A DNA stretch of 59,334 nt, the filler included, from Sphacelaria rigidula (lineage: Eukaryota): assembly GCA_964200075.2 (NCBI GenBank). It is 9 parts of 9 records of this genome, joined end to end, with 100 filler letters (N's around TTAATTAATTAA, not from the genome) between each part and the next. Parts side by side here need not be neighbours in the genome. Positions count along the whole stretch, not along the records: positions 19,813 to 26,316 come from CAXNAA020019689.1; positions 26,417 to 32,920 come from CAXNAA020019690.1; positions 33,021 to 39,524 come from CAXNAA020019691.1; 6 more parts are not named here. The stretch is one strand, 5' to 3'. A program made the translations under genes and the position numbers. The notes beneath the pieces were generated by a model, which saw only the letters and a program-made list of their open reading frames with translations, searched no databases and was not told where the DNA came from. Numbering within the stretch: position 1 is the first letter of the stretch; every line of letters begins with the position of its first letter. Below are positions 25,139-38,982 of this stretch, in pieces.

Positions 25139-25310
25139 CCACATCCTGGACAATATGTGGCCAATACTTGCAATACACAACAAACGTACTGCATACAGTA
25201 TAGGCCTATTGCGACTATTGTCGGGCGGCAACACTTGCAATAGGCCTATACTCTATGCAGTACGTTTACTGTGTATTGCAAGTATTGTCCACATATTGTC
25301 CAGGATGTGG
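25139..25310. mobile_element. Near-perfect palindromic MITE related to the CAC.CCTGGACAA foldback family; longer relative at 28525-28874
   Basis: CCACATCCTGGACAATATGTGG...CCACATATTGTCCAGGATGTGG with arms of about 80 bp. Confidence 0.8.
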
Positions 25311-25507
25311 TCCGCAAGACGAGAAAAGATGTGTTTAAACCCAACAAACGCTCAAGATGCTGAAAACGTTATCGCCGAAGACTTCCGAGACCGTCAACGG
25401 TCTTTCCCAACATGAGTCCCCAGACTCCTCAAACAGAGGAAGTATGCGAATCAGAACAAATGAGTCGCGTGGGACCCACAGACGGTGCAGTTGGGATCAA
25501 AGGTCAT

Positions 25508-25718
25508 ATATACAAAATTCGACTTAGCGGGCGACGACGGAAAGGGACTGCTGAACCCCTCTCGCGATGAAAAATGAAGGCTAGCACCGCAGAAGGAAGA
25601 TGGGGTACGAGAAACAAATGAAGAAGCTTCTGTGTTGACCTTCCTGCCGTGTGACCCCGGCTGATGCGCCCACATATCCCGAAAGGGGTAGACTTGCGCC
25701 CAGAATAGGTGGGACGAC

Positions 25719-25750
<32 letters not shown>
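25508..25750. repeat. Dispersed repeat abutting a (CA)n tract; partial inverted copy at about 23415-23480
   Basis: AAAATTCGACTTAGCGG...GGGACTGCTGAACCCCTCTCGC matches the reverse complement of 23415-23475. (CA)n lies at 25721-25749. Confidence 0.6.
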
Positions 25751-25752
<2 letters not shown>

Positions 25753-27384
25753 TACATGGATCGTGCACTTGTTTCTGTTCAGACGATGTCACATGCTTGA
25801 AATATATGGTTCATACCGAGAGTACCCGAAAAAGAAACCTCCAAGACCCCATGTACCTACCTCCTTCCCCCCCTCCGGCGGTCGTAGCATTTTTTTTTTA
25901 ACAGTAGAAAACACTCAATATCCAGCCATTTTAGGGCGAATTGGGTGAGGTAGCGCCCATGACTTTTGGCGCTATTTGCCACCACAACATTGGACGCAAA
26001 TTGGCGTTGCAGATAGATGCGCTAGGCTCGATTGAAGCATTGTAGATCATTGGGGTATCTGTCTGGTCCGCCTGTCGTGGAAGTGTGATGTGCAATGTGG
26101 TGCCGACACTCATGAATATAACTCGGCCTTGACTCCGGAGGTATGCAAAGAATTGAAGCATCATCACCGCGAAGTGTAATACTCTTATATACTTTTCACT
26201 TTTTATTTATATATGGGATTTAGGAACCCCGCCTCCCCCCTCCCCCCTTCCACCCCCCCCCCACCCATGAGGCAGTGTATAAGCTGTGGCTGTCTCGGGA
26301 AGTGGCGATACCAAAANNNNNNNNNNNNNNNNNNNNNNNNNNNNNNNNNNNNNNNNNNNNTTAATTAATTAANNNNNNNNNNNNNNNNNNNNNNNNNNNN
26401 NNNNNNNNNNNNNNNNCAGGTCGAAGAAATCGTGAATTTGGTGATTTTGAGTCGTGATGATTTGTCCTAACCGTGGTTTGTTTACGAAAAAAGGTACACT
26501 AGCAGACTCTCCTTTCTCGCGTCGTTGAACAGCGAGAGCAGGTCATCCGTTGAATCGGCATCAATTTCACTTGAAAAAAAGTATGCATGATGGACTACCC
26601 TCGCGATCTGAGAGCTAGCCTAATACCGCTTGTGAAAAAATAAAAGAAATGATCGGGCATGCTGCCCAGACACCTTGCGCGTGGGACTGAGATTCTGGAA
26701 CGTGTTTCCGAGGTGTTCAGCCGGTGCGCAGCGCCGCGCCCTCAATGGAGAAATGCGTTACCCTCTTTTGTTCCAGAACATGAGGGTGTACCTTTTTGTT
26801 ATTGCCCATGAAGTAATTATATTTCAAAAAGCGTATTTTATGTTGCTTGATTCGCTTTCAGTCCCTCGATCCCCGCCCCAAAGATCAGTTTCAAACCCCG
26901 CACAAATCATTCTCAGCTACCATCGCAACCTTGCAGCATAGAGCACGGGTTGAGCACAAGGATAGATGAACTGTAGTTGTTAGATATGGTTTGCTTATTT
27001 TTTGTTGGCGAAAACTTGAGCATGTTCTTCGACGGAAGGAGTAGGTGACGGATTTGCGTGGTAGCGTGGGCGGCCGATTTGCGTAGACGCTCATAGACAG
27101 TGTAGGTAGTACAAACTGCACATCGATCAAGTCATTTTCACGTCCCACTGTATGCAGAGAGTACCGGTAGTCCTGTGCTGTCCGTACTGCACGTTGCCCG
27201 CTTCTCTTTCTCATCCTACCGTACGAAATACGCGCACAGACTCGGGCGCGTTGTATGCAGATAGTGAAGACAGCACAGTGCTGTCTACTGCAAACGAGCG
27301 AACAAGTTCCGCTTCACGAATTTTACTGTCTGTTTTCGATCGAAAGCTTGCAAGTTCGCTTGGACCCAACTCGCGAGAAATACA

Positions 27385-27645
27385 CAACTTCACGGTTCGG
27401 ACGGATCATCGCCAGTTCGAATGACCAAATCCACGATTTTTTAGGCCTGCTCGCTCGAAAGAGAGAAAAAAGTCAACCGCTGGTCAAACAGATCTCCGAG
27501 CAACTTTCGCGCCATTCCACGTGCCTGGGCTGCGCCTGCCTGGGTTGCAACGCTGAAAAAAAAGCCTAGGGAATGATTCGTCCGGTATGAATCACACTAA
27601 AATCAAGTAATTTCCGGACGAATCATTAATTCGTCCGACCCTCAA
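27385..27645 (+). repeat. Dispersed MITE-like family (direct copy about 29895-30155; inverted fragments about 26417-26490, 39455-39524, 55840-55970)
   Basis: Shared CACGGTTCGGA.G.ATCAT...CAAATCCACGATTT...TCAAGTAATTT...GACGAATCAT...GTCCGACCCT. Confidence 0.7.
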
Positions 27646-28168
27646 ATGATTTCATTCGCTCAATTCAATTCCGCCTCTCTAATTATTCGAATCAACAAAA
27701 AAAGTGTCGTGAGACATGCCCTAAACTAACCAACTTACTAGCCATCGCACCCACCCTATCAGTTAATAGTGGAAGCCACCGTATTTGTTCGTGCGGTATG
27801 ATCACTTGTACGCACATGTAACCCAGAGATGAATACGTCACAGAATCAGGCCCAACAGGGACATGTTCCAGAGGTCCCGATACCCTCACATCTACGCAGG
27901 CGAATCGACGGTACCCTTGATAACCGTTGCCGACGGCAGGAAGAGCTGCGCATAACAGAGCCATTATTGGATTCTTGATTTCAAGGGTATGGGCGGTATG
28001 CTCCTTGCACTCTGTGAACACGGGTTCAAGATATCGAGCTAATGTGACGGGAAAATGATTCCCGGCGGAACCCAATTGCTCTGTACCCTTGACACGGTGG
28101 GTTTCGCTGCCTACCACCCTGACCCACGACCAGTCCTTGCTCTGAATATCAGAGGCTAGTTTACCGTT

Positions 28169-28466
28169 GTTGGGCTACAAATGTCCATGGTTGACGCGAT
28201 TTTACAAGTATCGCTACCCCTAACAACCCTAACCCCAACCCAACGCATAGCGAGAACCCTCGGGCGAGGGCGGTACATACGTTCCCTGGACAAAGGGCGG
28301 CCTTGGTAGACCCCAAATCGGCGCCTGTGGCGCCGATATCAACGAAAATCCGTTCTGCGCACGCGAGGAGCACACGGGACTGTCGTGTCAGCCCCACTAG
28401 AATTCCGATTCTCGTTGTTGACACTCAAGTCAAGTCATATCAACCATGGACATTTGTAGCCCAACC
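28169..28466. mobile_element. MITE with TTGGGCTACAAATGTCCATGGTTGA TIRs; copies at about 54490-54790, 29281-29460 and 31290-31440
   Basis: 28170-28194 is inverted at 28440-28464. The body contains ACCCTAACCC and recurs inverted at 54530-54790. Confidence 0.75.
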
Positions 28467-30770
28467 CCGTTAAACTCTGCTGGAATATCAAAACAGGAAA
28501 TATGCCTCACGTTTGAGATCCCTTCCACTCTCCTGGACAAAGAAAATATGTGGTGAGTAGTTGCAATAGGCGAAAGAAATATGTACTGCGTGAAGTACAG
28601 GCCTATTGCAACTATTGTCGGCATTATATGGTCAATATAATTGTTGCAATATTCAAAAATATATACCGCGTGAAGTATAGACCTATTGCAAACTATTGTC
28701 GGCATATATGTTCAACACTGTAGTTGGAAAAAAAGAGAAAATATACTGCGTAGAATATAGGCCTATTGCAAACTATGGTCGACCGACAATAGGTTGCAAA
28801 AGGCCTATACTTTACGCAGTACATTTTTTTGTCCATTATATTGCAACATTTGATCATATTTTGTCCAGGGTGTGATATATTATGAAAACTGGATGAGACA
28901 GCGATCTTGTCGGGAAGATTCCAAGGGCAGGTTTTCTCCGTCGCCGTACTTAATCCACACGTCGACAACCCCAACTACGAGGCATTCGTACAGTCAACCA
29001 CCCAAATTAACCCTCTGGGGACCCTACTCTTCCGTCTCCGGGCCAGACGCCTCATTATTCCAAGCCCTGACAAGAGGAGGAAATGTGTGAACCGAAAGGA
29101 CCGACCGCAACCATTTTCACCGCGGAAGGCCACAGAAGAATCCACCAGCAGATCATGCGCACACCCAAAATGTCGCCCTGTGCAGTAAGATTGGTTTTGT
29201 CCAGTCAGTGCCAGTAAGGAACGCAACGGGTCGATCTGGTTCAACCGTTTGGGAGAGGCGACCTGAGGAAATGTACGTAAACCATGGTTGATACTAGGGA
29301 GATGCTGTCAACCCTAACGCTAACCCTAGCCCTGATCCCGACCAAGGCATACGGGAACCCTCGGGCAAGGGGGTGCAGAGTGTTCCCTAGGCAAAGTGTG
29401 CGTTACCAGAGCTCAAATCGATGCCTTCCAGCCGATTTTGGACCAAAACACGTTCTGAACGAGCTGAGTCTACTGCTCACCACTGCTCTCCTGCCCCAGA
29501 CCATGAATTTTCTCAGAACTTTCTTGAGTCTGAAATCAAGTAAAATCGAGTACCAACAATTGTTTACGTACATTTATTTCCTTGGGTCAACTGCTTTGGA
29601 AACCCATTGACGAATTTTGTTTTTGTAAATCGGCATCACTTTGACTTGAAAATGACTCGAAAATGACGTCGATTCACAAAAGCGAGAATCGTCGATGGGT
29701 TCTAGAAGGGTTAAGTTTGTGCACACGACCTAAATCAGAACTCGCGTCCTTGAAGTCTACACGAACAAAAATCGACACCACCTGTCTATTTTTTATATAC
29801 GGCGTCCCGTGTGGCACTGGGGCAACTTTTTTTTCACGGTTCCGAAGGACATGGGTCGGGCAAAAAACTGTTTTGCGCGAAAGCTGTAAATGCTACACGG
29901 TTCGGATGAATCATAGCCCATTCGAATCACCAAATCCACGATTTCTGAGGCCTGATTGCTCGAAAGAGAAAATAAAAAGTCGACTGCTGGTCAAGAAGAT
30001 CTCTACGCATTTTTGTGCCATTCCACGAGCCCGGGCAGCTCGTACCTGGGTTGCAACGCTAAAAGTAAAGCCCGAGGATTGATTCGTACGGCACGAATCA
30101 ACTACACTGAAGTCAAGTAATTTACAGACGAATCATCAATTTGTCCGACCCTTGAAATACTCACCTACATGTCGTCCAGAAACGGCACGTCGAAATCCAT
30201 ACCTTTCCATCGCCAGTTCCAGAAGATATTCCTGTTTTGCTTGTATCGCGTTTCATGAGTTTTTCTGGGACTATTTTCTTTTTAATTTTATTGCCGCATA
30301 CCTGATTGTAGGTAGCTAGCCTGTGACCACGGAAGGCGTCCGCATCAGATGCCCAGTACAAATGTACCGCGCAGATATCGGAACGGTTTTTAATGTGAAG
30401 ACAACAACAATAACAACAAGGGTCAACGCTCGAAACGTTTTCAGTTGGTCACTCTCTCTCCCGCGATCCTCGTCCACAAAATTCAGATTCGTAAGCTACG
30501 AGACTGTGCTCCGATGGAGGGCGAGTTTTATCCTGACGAGGAGCCGGCTAAGGCCCTGGCTGCCATAAGCGTTGCGCTCAAGCCTTGGAGCTCTGCGTCC
30601 CGGTAAGCGGTGCAACGCAGTATGTGTCCCAAGATGTGCTCTGGAGGGTACGGGTATATGGTGTGTTCGGTAGGGTGTATGATACTTTGAGGTGACTTTA
30701 CCACTCGGTAGTTGACAGATATTTCTCGGAAATTCATGGTTTGTGCAGGTGCTGATGCATTTCGGATAAT

Positions 30771-30797
30771 CCTAACCCTAACCCTAACCCTAACCCT
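30771..30797 (+). repeat. Interstitial (CCCTAA)n tract
   Basis: CTAACCCTAACCCTAACCCTAACCCT is visible directly. Confidence 0.85.
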
Positions 30798-32434
30798 GAA
30801 GAAAACAGAGGGGTACAGCAGAGTAGCATGGGGGGAAAAGTGCGCACAAACATTAAGCTTGGTTTGTGTCGTTCTGTAGGGTACGATCTTTGCACACCCG
30901 GGGGGTAGTCACTCGGGTATTACCCGTACCCGGTGTTCTGTGAGTTCTACATGCCTCCCATACCAATACCCGACAGTTTTGTGAGATTTGTTTCGAATTT
31001 TCACCCTTGCTCGGGGTACGGGTATACCCCTGTAGAAAGAAATACACTGTTGCGGGGTGTGAGGATTTCTGGACAACCTCCGTACCATACCCGACCGGTT
31101 CTGTAAGTTCTGGGAAGACTTGCATACATACCGATACCCAATTGTTCTTCTGCAAGTTCTGTGATAAATTATCCAGTAGACTTTACCACTCGGTAGTTGA
31201 CAGATAGTTCTCGGAAATTTACGGTTTGTGAGGTGCAGTATTGGATTTCAGTGTGGACACCGAAATCCCAATAGTTGGAGGGGCTATGCTCCTGGTGTGC
31301 TCCTAACGTGCGCAGAACGCGTTTTTGTCTGGATCGGCGCCCCAGGCGCCGATTTGAGGTCTGGCAACGCACTTTTCGCCAGACCCCCCTTACCCGAGGG
31401 TTCTCGGCATGTCTTCGTTGGGGTTGGGGTTAGGGGTAGTTTTCTTCTGTGAGGATTCGTTTACATTTCCCTTGGTACGTGCGTCCATCATGTGATCACG
31501 GTTGGATCCTTCCGAATGTTTTTTATCCCTTGAAGGAAGGAGAAAACTTTACCCAACACTTGCCCCGGAAGCGGGTTCTTGTCCCGAGTACCCCAAGGCT
31601 CGGCTAGGCCACCTCCCGGTGGTCATGTGGGATAGCCGCCTCGAGCGTTTGAAAAAGCTTGGTAAGAAGGCAGTGCCGGTGTCGAGCCCATGAAAAGCCC
31701 CGATCAACTTGGCGCAGTGCATGCGCCGGCCGCCCTACTCTCATGAGCTTCGGCCCTAGCGGCATCAGTTGATGGGCAACAATTTTGATCGATTGATTGA
31801 TTGATTGCCGCACTTCAACTGGCCATCCATGGGTCCAGCCGTGGTCGCATGATCGACGGCCGTACCCGAGAAAAGCAAAACTAGAACACTCGTTCGAAAA
31901 AAACGAAGGAGCAGTAAAAAAGTCGAACAGAACAACATAGTAGACTGAGGCGTGAAGGAAAAAGAAGAATGAACAATGAACCATTGGATCAACTACCGGC
32001 GTGGTGGTTACGGAGTGTTACATTTCACCAGGGTTGTCTCGGGAGAAATAAAGAACAAAACAGCGGGGGTCCCAGTATAGTGCGGTGGACCGCCAGCCCG
32101 GCGTGACTGCACTATATCGGAACCACCGCATGTGTAACATTGTTTTGCAGTCAATCTGGGTAAAATATGCCACTCTTTAACTATCTCGAAAAAACAGCAG
32201 GGGTCCCGGTAGAGTGCGGTCGACCTCCAACGCGGCATGGCCGCACTATACTGGGACCCCGCACTATATTGTTATGGCTAGTTGATTGATTGATTGATCA
32301 TCTCATATTAGCTGATTGCACAACAATCCGTCCCGTGGTCAGGAGCAGCAAAAAACAAAAGGAGAAAGAAGGGGGGAAACAGAAAAAGACAGGAGCTAGA
32401 GCCACAGAATGGAAAAAACGAAGGATGCAGCGAG

Positions 32435-32437
<3 letters not shown>

Positions 32438-32471
<34 letters not shown>

Positions 32472-32481
32472 GCAACAACAA
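32438..32481 (+). repeat. (CAA)n microsatellite
   Basis: About 14 CAA units with one CAG. Confidence 0.95.
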
Positions 32482-33020
32482 ACACACACAGACACAGACA
32501 ACACAACAAGATGATCATCTCGCACTACGTAGCTGATTGCAACACTCCAGCTCGTGATCAGAAAAAAAGACAAAAATGGAAAAAAATGGAAGATGGTGCG
32601 CTCACTTGATCTTGGTATTTGTTTGACGGGGGTTGGCGCGGGGTGCGAGTGCTGCTTAAATCCGCGACACCAAATATTTTAAATAAGTTCGATACCGGAC
32701 GGGGGCGGGGGAGCGGAGATTGGTTGATCGATCCTTATCTATGGACGAGTCCCAACGAATGAGAGGGGTTGCGAAGAGCACGGCGGGAGAGGAAAAAAAG
32801 GAGAAACTCTGCGATGTTCACCAAAATGTCGTATGGATACTGTACGAGGGGGTGTACTCATGATCATGCATGCCATAGTCATCAGACCATTGACTTCGCA
32901 TCCCTACAAAGCCGGTACGGNNNNNNNNNNNNNNNNNNNNNNNNNNNNNNNNNNNNNNNNNNNNTTAATTAATTAANNNNNNNNNNNNNNNNNNNNNNNN
33001 NNNNNNNNNNNNNNNNNNNN

Positions 33021-36000
33021 CGTCTGGCAGAGGCTATAATATCTAGATATTATTCTTCGGCACTCTGTTAGAGGAGTTTTGGCTGAGGAGGGATTGGGCT
33101 GCAGCATAGAGCTAGTTCAGCCCGTAGACGGAAGACAGCTTACAGCGCACAGCGTTTGGAGGAACACACTCCGCTGGAGGGACGCTCAAGTAAGGCAAGA
33201 GTCTATCCGTGATTTTTGAGTCATAGAGAACATGGCTCAAGCGGCAACGATGCCGCTGGTTTGGGATAAACCGTTAGAATCGTCAAAGTATGACGAGCGT
33301 AATCAACAGAAACAGCTGCCGACTTCGCGAGCGTTGTTCACTCGCGTATGTTACAATTGTGGCGGCCATGGGCTTATTGAAGATTTCCCCCCGAGCCTCG
33401 TGCTAAAGGCGCTGCGCAAGGAAATGCGCGAGATAGGTCAAGATCTCGAGGCGGTCGTTGTGGCGGACAAGGTATGAGCAACCAGAGATACGGGTGCAGA
33501 GGCAGCGGCCAAAACCGAAACCAGGCGACGGAGAAGTGTAATTCCGCCGCTACTGTATCCCAAACTGCGTTTTCAAGTGATGGCGCTAGATCTCCAGGTT
33601 CGTCTGTGTCGGGGCGGCTGACATTGATGGGGAGTGCTGGAGCGGAAGGCTAGCAACCCATGGACCCGGCAGGATTCGTGTCGGGTGTTTCTTCCACTGT
33701 TGCGACGAATGCAAAAACATCGATGTCAAGTGCTGGAGCGCTACCTTGGCGTCAAGTGACTCTTGGTACCAAACAGAGTTTTTTTTCGGCAGGTGTGGTG
33801 CCTGTCGACCGCAGCGCAGAATGTTTGCGCGCTGATCTATCTATACCCGGTTCTGTTGGTTCATTTATGGCTCGAGTTTTTCTCGACTCTGGATCAGCAA
33901 TCACACCAATAAGTCTGGGGTTGCTGCAACAGCTGTCTTCACAGTTTGGGTACGCCCAGCTACAGCAACCAGTTGATAATGGACCACAAATGGCACAGAG
34001 CGCCACGGGTGCGCCCGTGACTATTTCTCATAAAACGGTGCCTATTGTTGTAAGCGTGCGAACGCCGTGGGGTGCTGTGGAGATGTCGCCAATCACGTTC
34101 GCGGTCATGCCTGGCAACGGCAACGTGGTGTTGTTTGGCATGGCGACTATGAAGGAACTCGGGGTAGATTTGTATCCGCTGGCTTTGGAAACGTTACACC
34201 CGCGTGCTGTACCGGTGCAGATCGGCATGAATAACCCTAGTTATCTTCCGGCTAGGCGGGTGATCGTCCCTGAGTGGTAATTTCAAAGTGAGAGTCAGAA
34301 GGATACAGGTGGAGAGGAAGAGGAAGCTCTTGAGGGTGAAGCCGTACCGCCTATGAGGGTGCAGCCACAGTCACAGGCGACGGCTGCGAAGGCCCAGCCC
34401 AATTGCAACGATCCAGCGAAGGCCGGGTGGCTAGCTTCGTGCATTGCAGTTTTGGTGGCGTTTAGGTTACGGTACTGCAGTTTGCAGTCAAGCTTGGAGA
34501 GAGCGGCGATGGAAATGCCGGAAAACTTCTGCTCGCGAGGGGTGAGCGAATCCAAGGTGGGGGCGCACATTCCCCCTCCCCACGAGGATATGGTGCATGG
34601 TGGGGATAAGGTGCATAGTACTCGCCCGGAGGAGGTGATGGAATTCAATTTCCTCAGCGATAGAGCGAGTGGTCAGCTGGAAATTGGTGGGTTGGACGAC
34701 GGAGATCCGATCGAAGATAATTTGGTGATCAAAGACGATGTGAGCAACTTCGTGTGGTTTGAGCCGGCGGGGTCTCGTGTGGAGGCGACAAAGGTGGAGC
34801 AGTATCTGACATGGTTCAAAGCAAAAGCGATGGGGTCGCCGGAGGTATGGGTCGGCGATAGGGGATGGCATGTGAAGAATTGTGCGGGGAGAGCGTTTAA
34901 TAAGGCGTTGATGGATCGTAAATTTCGGATGGTCAATTCGCCGTTGTCCCATCGTAAGTGTAAGCGAATGATGCGTGATATTGCTCATATGATGTCAGGT
35001 CAGGTGCTTAATGAGGATGGTGTGGTGCCCTCGAGAGATGTTGCTATGCGGGATTGTATGGTTGTTCCCGCTCCACCTCTCGCTTCGCCTAAAAAAGCGA
35101 CTGAAACAGGAGAAGTCGTCGATGCGCAAGCTTCTGTTGAGACAGAGTTTTTGTCGCATTGGTTCGGCAGTAAGGATATGCTGCTTGATGGCATATTGAG
35201 ATTCACAATGGGGGTGCTAGATGTGGCTGCTAGGAGCTACCGTACGAAAAGAATCGTTGTTCTATGGTGCGCAGAAGGTGGTGGTTCGAGTGCTGCTACT
35301 TCGCAGGAGCGGACTGGAAGCCTACAAAGCGGGGATCACCTGAGATGAGTGATATAGTGGTCAGCTCCGGGTTGAATATTGGAGGAGCAAGTACTTATGA
35401 GAGTGCTTGTTGAGTAAGAGGCTCGTTGCCTGTGAGCAGAGATCACACGAGTTTTCGTGTGTTTGAGGATCAAAAAAAGTATGCACGTATGAAAACTGAT
35501 CCTTGCCCGTGGCACGTTTTTGGCGATACTGTTTAAGGTATCGCGCCAGGTGAGGTTGTTCAACTTGATATTTGTACGTCGGAAGTAGTGAGCTTGACGG
35601 TACTAACTGCCTGATGCTTTGCTGTATGTTTGTTATCCCGGATGATGTGTCAAATTTCTTTTGGGGAGAACCAGCCGAGGATTGCACTGCCGAGGTTACG
35701 GCTGAGTATTTGTTGCAATGGTGCAAGACTTTGGGGGTGCGGCGTGTGTGGGTTAGTGAGACCGCCACGCACTTCGAGAACTGAGTACAAGCATCGCGCA
35801 ACAGAGCGAAGCGCTGGAGGTGCAACACCCATTTGATGTTGCGTATACCCATTGGTCGAATGGTTGTGAAGCAATGGTCATGTTATTGTTTTGGTCGATT
35901 GAGATGAGTTCGGTGCTGAAGAAAGTACGTAGAAGTCTCTTCGAAATATATGTTGTTGCGCCTGAATTTCTTGCGCAGCAATTGCGTAAACTGAGGTTGA

Positions 36001-36375
36001 CTCGGGCGTTAACAAGTGAAGTAGCGTCGGAGTATGGCATTTCTTTGTGATTTGGAGCATGCGAATTCGCCTTGGTTTTTGTTGGTTGTCAAGCTCGTTC
36101 GTTTGTCTTGAACTCGCTTTGGGGGTGCTGTAGCCAAAATGCACCAAGGCGTAGTAAGTGTAGCATGTAGGATCCTGGATGATGACCAGGGAACAAGGGA
36201 ATCTTGTGGATGATGACCCTTGCTGTGTAGCCTATGCCTGAAGGTACAGGCCGCAGCTGTTTACTTCATGAATGGGTGCTCCAAGAGAAGTTCTTATCGA
36301 GCGTGAGGCCAGTGGATTCTGGAGAAGTCCCTCACTGAATAGCCCTCTTGTCCAGATCGTCTGGCAGAGGCTGTT
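33021..36375 (+). mobile_element. Decayed Ty3/Gypsy chromovirus-like LTR retrotransposon
   Basis: The 5' LTR end CGTCTGGCAGAGGCT (33021) is repeated at 36358. It carries a gag zinc knuckle CYNCGGHG (33232-33477), protease FLDSGS (33660-34280), an RT remnant and integrase cores (IKDDVSNFVW...VWVGD and PDDVSNFFW...VWVSETATHF). A PPT-like GGGGGTGC precedes the 3' LTR, which starts TGTAGCC (36129 to about 36375). Confidence 0.88.
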
Positions 36376-36390
36376 GTGCGTGCATCTGAC

Positions 36391-36838
36391 TGTAATGCGT
36401 GAGAGCACCGCGTGCTCGGAGGACCGCGTCGAAGTTCAAAACACCTCGGGGTCAACGTTTTTCATACCAATCGGGCCAGTCCTTGCAGGGACCGCGCCCC
36501 TGACCCCAACCCCAACACTGAACGTAATCCTAACCATAGAGGGGTACTGAAATTCCGATGCGGTCCTCTAGGCACGCGGTCCTCTCAGGCATTATTTACA
36601 GCATCGTCCTCACACCAGGGTGTAGACTGTAATGCGTGAAAGGACCGCGTGCTTAGAGGATCGGGCCGTTATTCAAAATACCTCAGGATAAACGTTTTTC
36701 AAAACCAATAGGGCCAGACCCCGCAGGTACCACGCCCCTGACCTTAACCCCGACGCTAACCGTAACCCTGACCTTAACCATGGGGATGTTCAAATTCCGA
36801 TGCGATCCTCTAAGCACACGGTCCTCTCACGCATTACA
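36391..36838 (+). mobile_element. Two adjacent TGT...ACA MITE copies (36391 to about 36595; 36628-36838)
   Basis: Same TIRs and AACCC-rich body as the 16613 copy. Confidence 0.85.
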
Positions 36839-38108
36839 CACACCCTCGGAACTCTTTGATAAATTTGGTATTGGGTGTTTCAAGGCACCGCAGGTGTCGC
36901 ATGTACCGAGAATTTCAAACATTCTGCAGTATCGAGGACTCCACTGTCTTTCGGAAAACCTGGCGCATCGACATTCCAGGTTGACCGAATTTACCCTGTG
37001 CTAGGCACCTCTCTTTGCACTACTGTCGCCCTAGGATGTAACCCGTACACGACGCAAGACGTTTTTTAGGTCATGGCACAGGAAACGGGTTCACTTGAGA
37101 CACTTTCTACGATAGCCCCCCCCCCAAATACAGCCCAAACATGCCACCAACAAAATGGTCATACAGCACCTGATGTTTGGGTTCAGGCTGCATAAAGCAC
37201 CCCATATGGGCGACATTTGCGAGAACGAACCCAAGCGTGGGAATTCCCAGCTGCTCGTTGTGCATGGCGTTTCCCAATTCGATTCATGTCAAGATTTTGC
37301 CTCTTAAAACCAGGCACTTTTTTGGGAGGGGCTATCGTAGAAAGTGTCATGAGATGCCCACAAGTACCTCTCACATGTTTTGTATTTCATCACACTAGAG
37401 CAGAGGTATGAATTATACTTTCTTTTGAACATTTTGCAAGGCGTATTATGTAGACTTGCTGGCACGGTATCAGATGTGTGCAAGATGCGTCCAAAACACT
37501 TGAGACGGGAGGGATAAAAAAGGGGAACAGCTCAGAACAAAAATCATCACTCCGTTGCCCCCAAGCTATACGAGGGATGATGTCCCACAATCAATTGCTC
37601 AGTTGCCACCTTGCCAAGGAGGGAGCTGTCCGGAGTAGAGCGACCACGTCAGAGTGAGACAGCACGGCGAGGTGAGGTGATTCCACGTCTCCATTACCCC
37701 TAGCTCACCGCGTATGGATCATAGACTAGTACCCACCGTGCACAGCGAAATATATTCGTGGTCCCATTGTTTGAGGCCAGACGGAAGTCCTCTGAGACAA
37801 TCAGGAATCCCACAGGCATTTGTTTCATTTGTGCCCAAGGTCAGTACGGGTGGTCGCTGGTAGACATCATCCGCATGTGGAGCACCTCTTAGTTCTCGAC
37901 AGTTTGGAGAGCGTGCGATCAGCATGAACCGGTTAACAAAACAGATTTTCCAGAGGCCTTGGCAGGTGAACAGCGGTTACACCGAACGACAACGCGTGTG
38001 AATACACCCGATTCATGCTGTACGCACTTCGTTCAACTTATCGATGGCATCTCATCTGTTCACACGTCTCAATACCACGAAGCCAGTCAGCCAGCACTGA
38101 GAGAGAGG

Positions 38109-38583
38109 TGTAATGCGTGAGAGGACCGCGTGCTCAGGGGACCACGGTGTAGTTCGAAACACTTCAGGATCGACATTTTCCAAAACCAATCGGGCCAGTC
38201 CCCGCAGGGACCACGCCGCTGACCATAACCCCAACCCCAACCGTAACCATGGGGATAATCAGATTCCGATGCGGTCCTCTCAGCACGCGATCCTCTCACG
38301 CATTTCAGTGGCTCTGTGGCTTTGTGGCTGTAGTGATGTAATGCGTGGGAGGACCGCGTGCGAAGGGGACCGCATGGGAGTTCAGATACCCCTATGGTCA
38401 GAGCTGGTTAGGGTTAGTGTTGGGGTTAGGGTCAGGGGCATGGTCCTTGTAGGGACTGACCCGAATGGTTTTGAGGCATGGTCCTTGTAGGGACTGACCC
38501 GAATGGTTTTGAAAAGCGTCGGTCCTGGGGTGTTTTGAACTACCACGCGGTCCTCCAAGCACGCGGTCCCCCCACGCATTACA
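38109..38583. mobile_element. Two TGT...ACA MITE copies (38109-38307 +, 38337-38583 -); further partial copies at 39625-39785 and 40483-40664
   Basis: Same TIRs. The 38337 copy is flanked by GTGA on both sides and has an internal tandem duplication of about 38 nt. Confidence 0.85.
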
Positions 38584-38982
38584 GTGATGTCTTGACATCA
38601 CCTTGGGACGCCCCGACACACGGATACCAGCTGCCACTCGCGGACTCTCAACATCGGCCCTTCTTGATCATGTTTCGTGAGTCGTAAGATGTATATAGGG
38701 TATCCTCAGAAGAGGCTTGACCTCGCTCAGTCAGACCCAGGCCATTTTTGACGCAGTCCAGCTCGGGTATGGTCGGGCTCACCCCACTGTTTGCTTGATG
38801 GGCACAGCAGACACCACACCCTCTTCGCAAATGGAATCACAGGTCCGGGATTTTTTTCTTCTGAGCCATTTTAGGATAGAGGGGGGGGGGTTCGGTTTCT
38901 TGATAAAAATGGCTCCTAGGTACTTCGAACGATCCAACATACTGCTAGCGGTGCACTTGTAATTAGGTAACGGTTATGTCAA

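Noticed and set aside
30771..30797. True telomere
   Set aside because: Only about four units, internal to a contig and embedded in repeat sequence.
32290..32573. Poly-Gln and poly-Cys ORFs
   Set aside because: These are translations of a (CAA)n microsatellite with no coding context.
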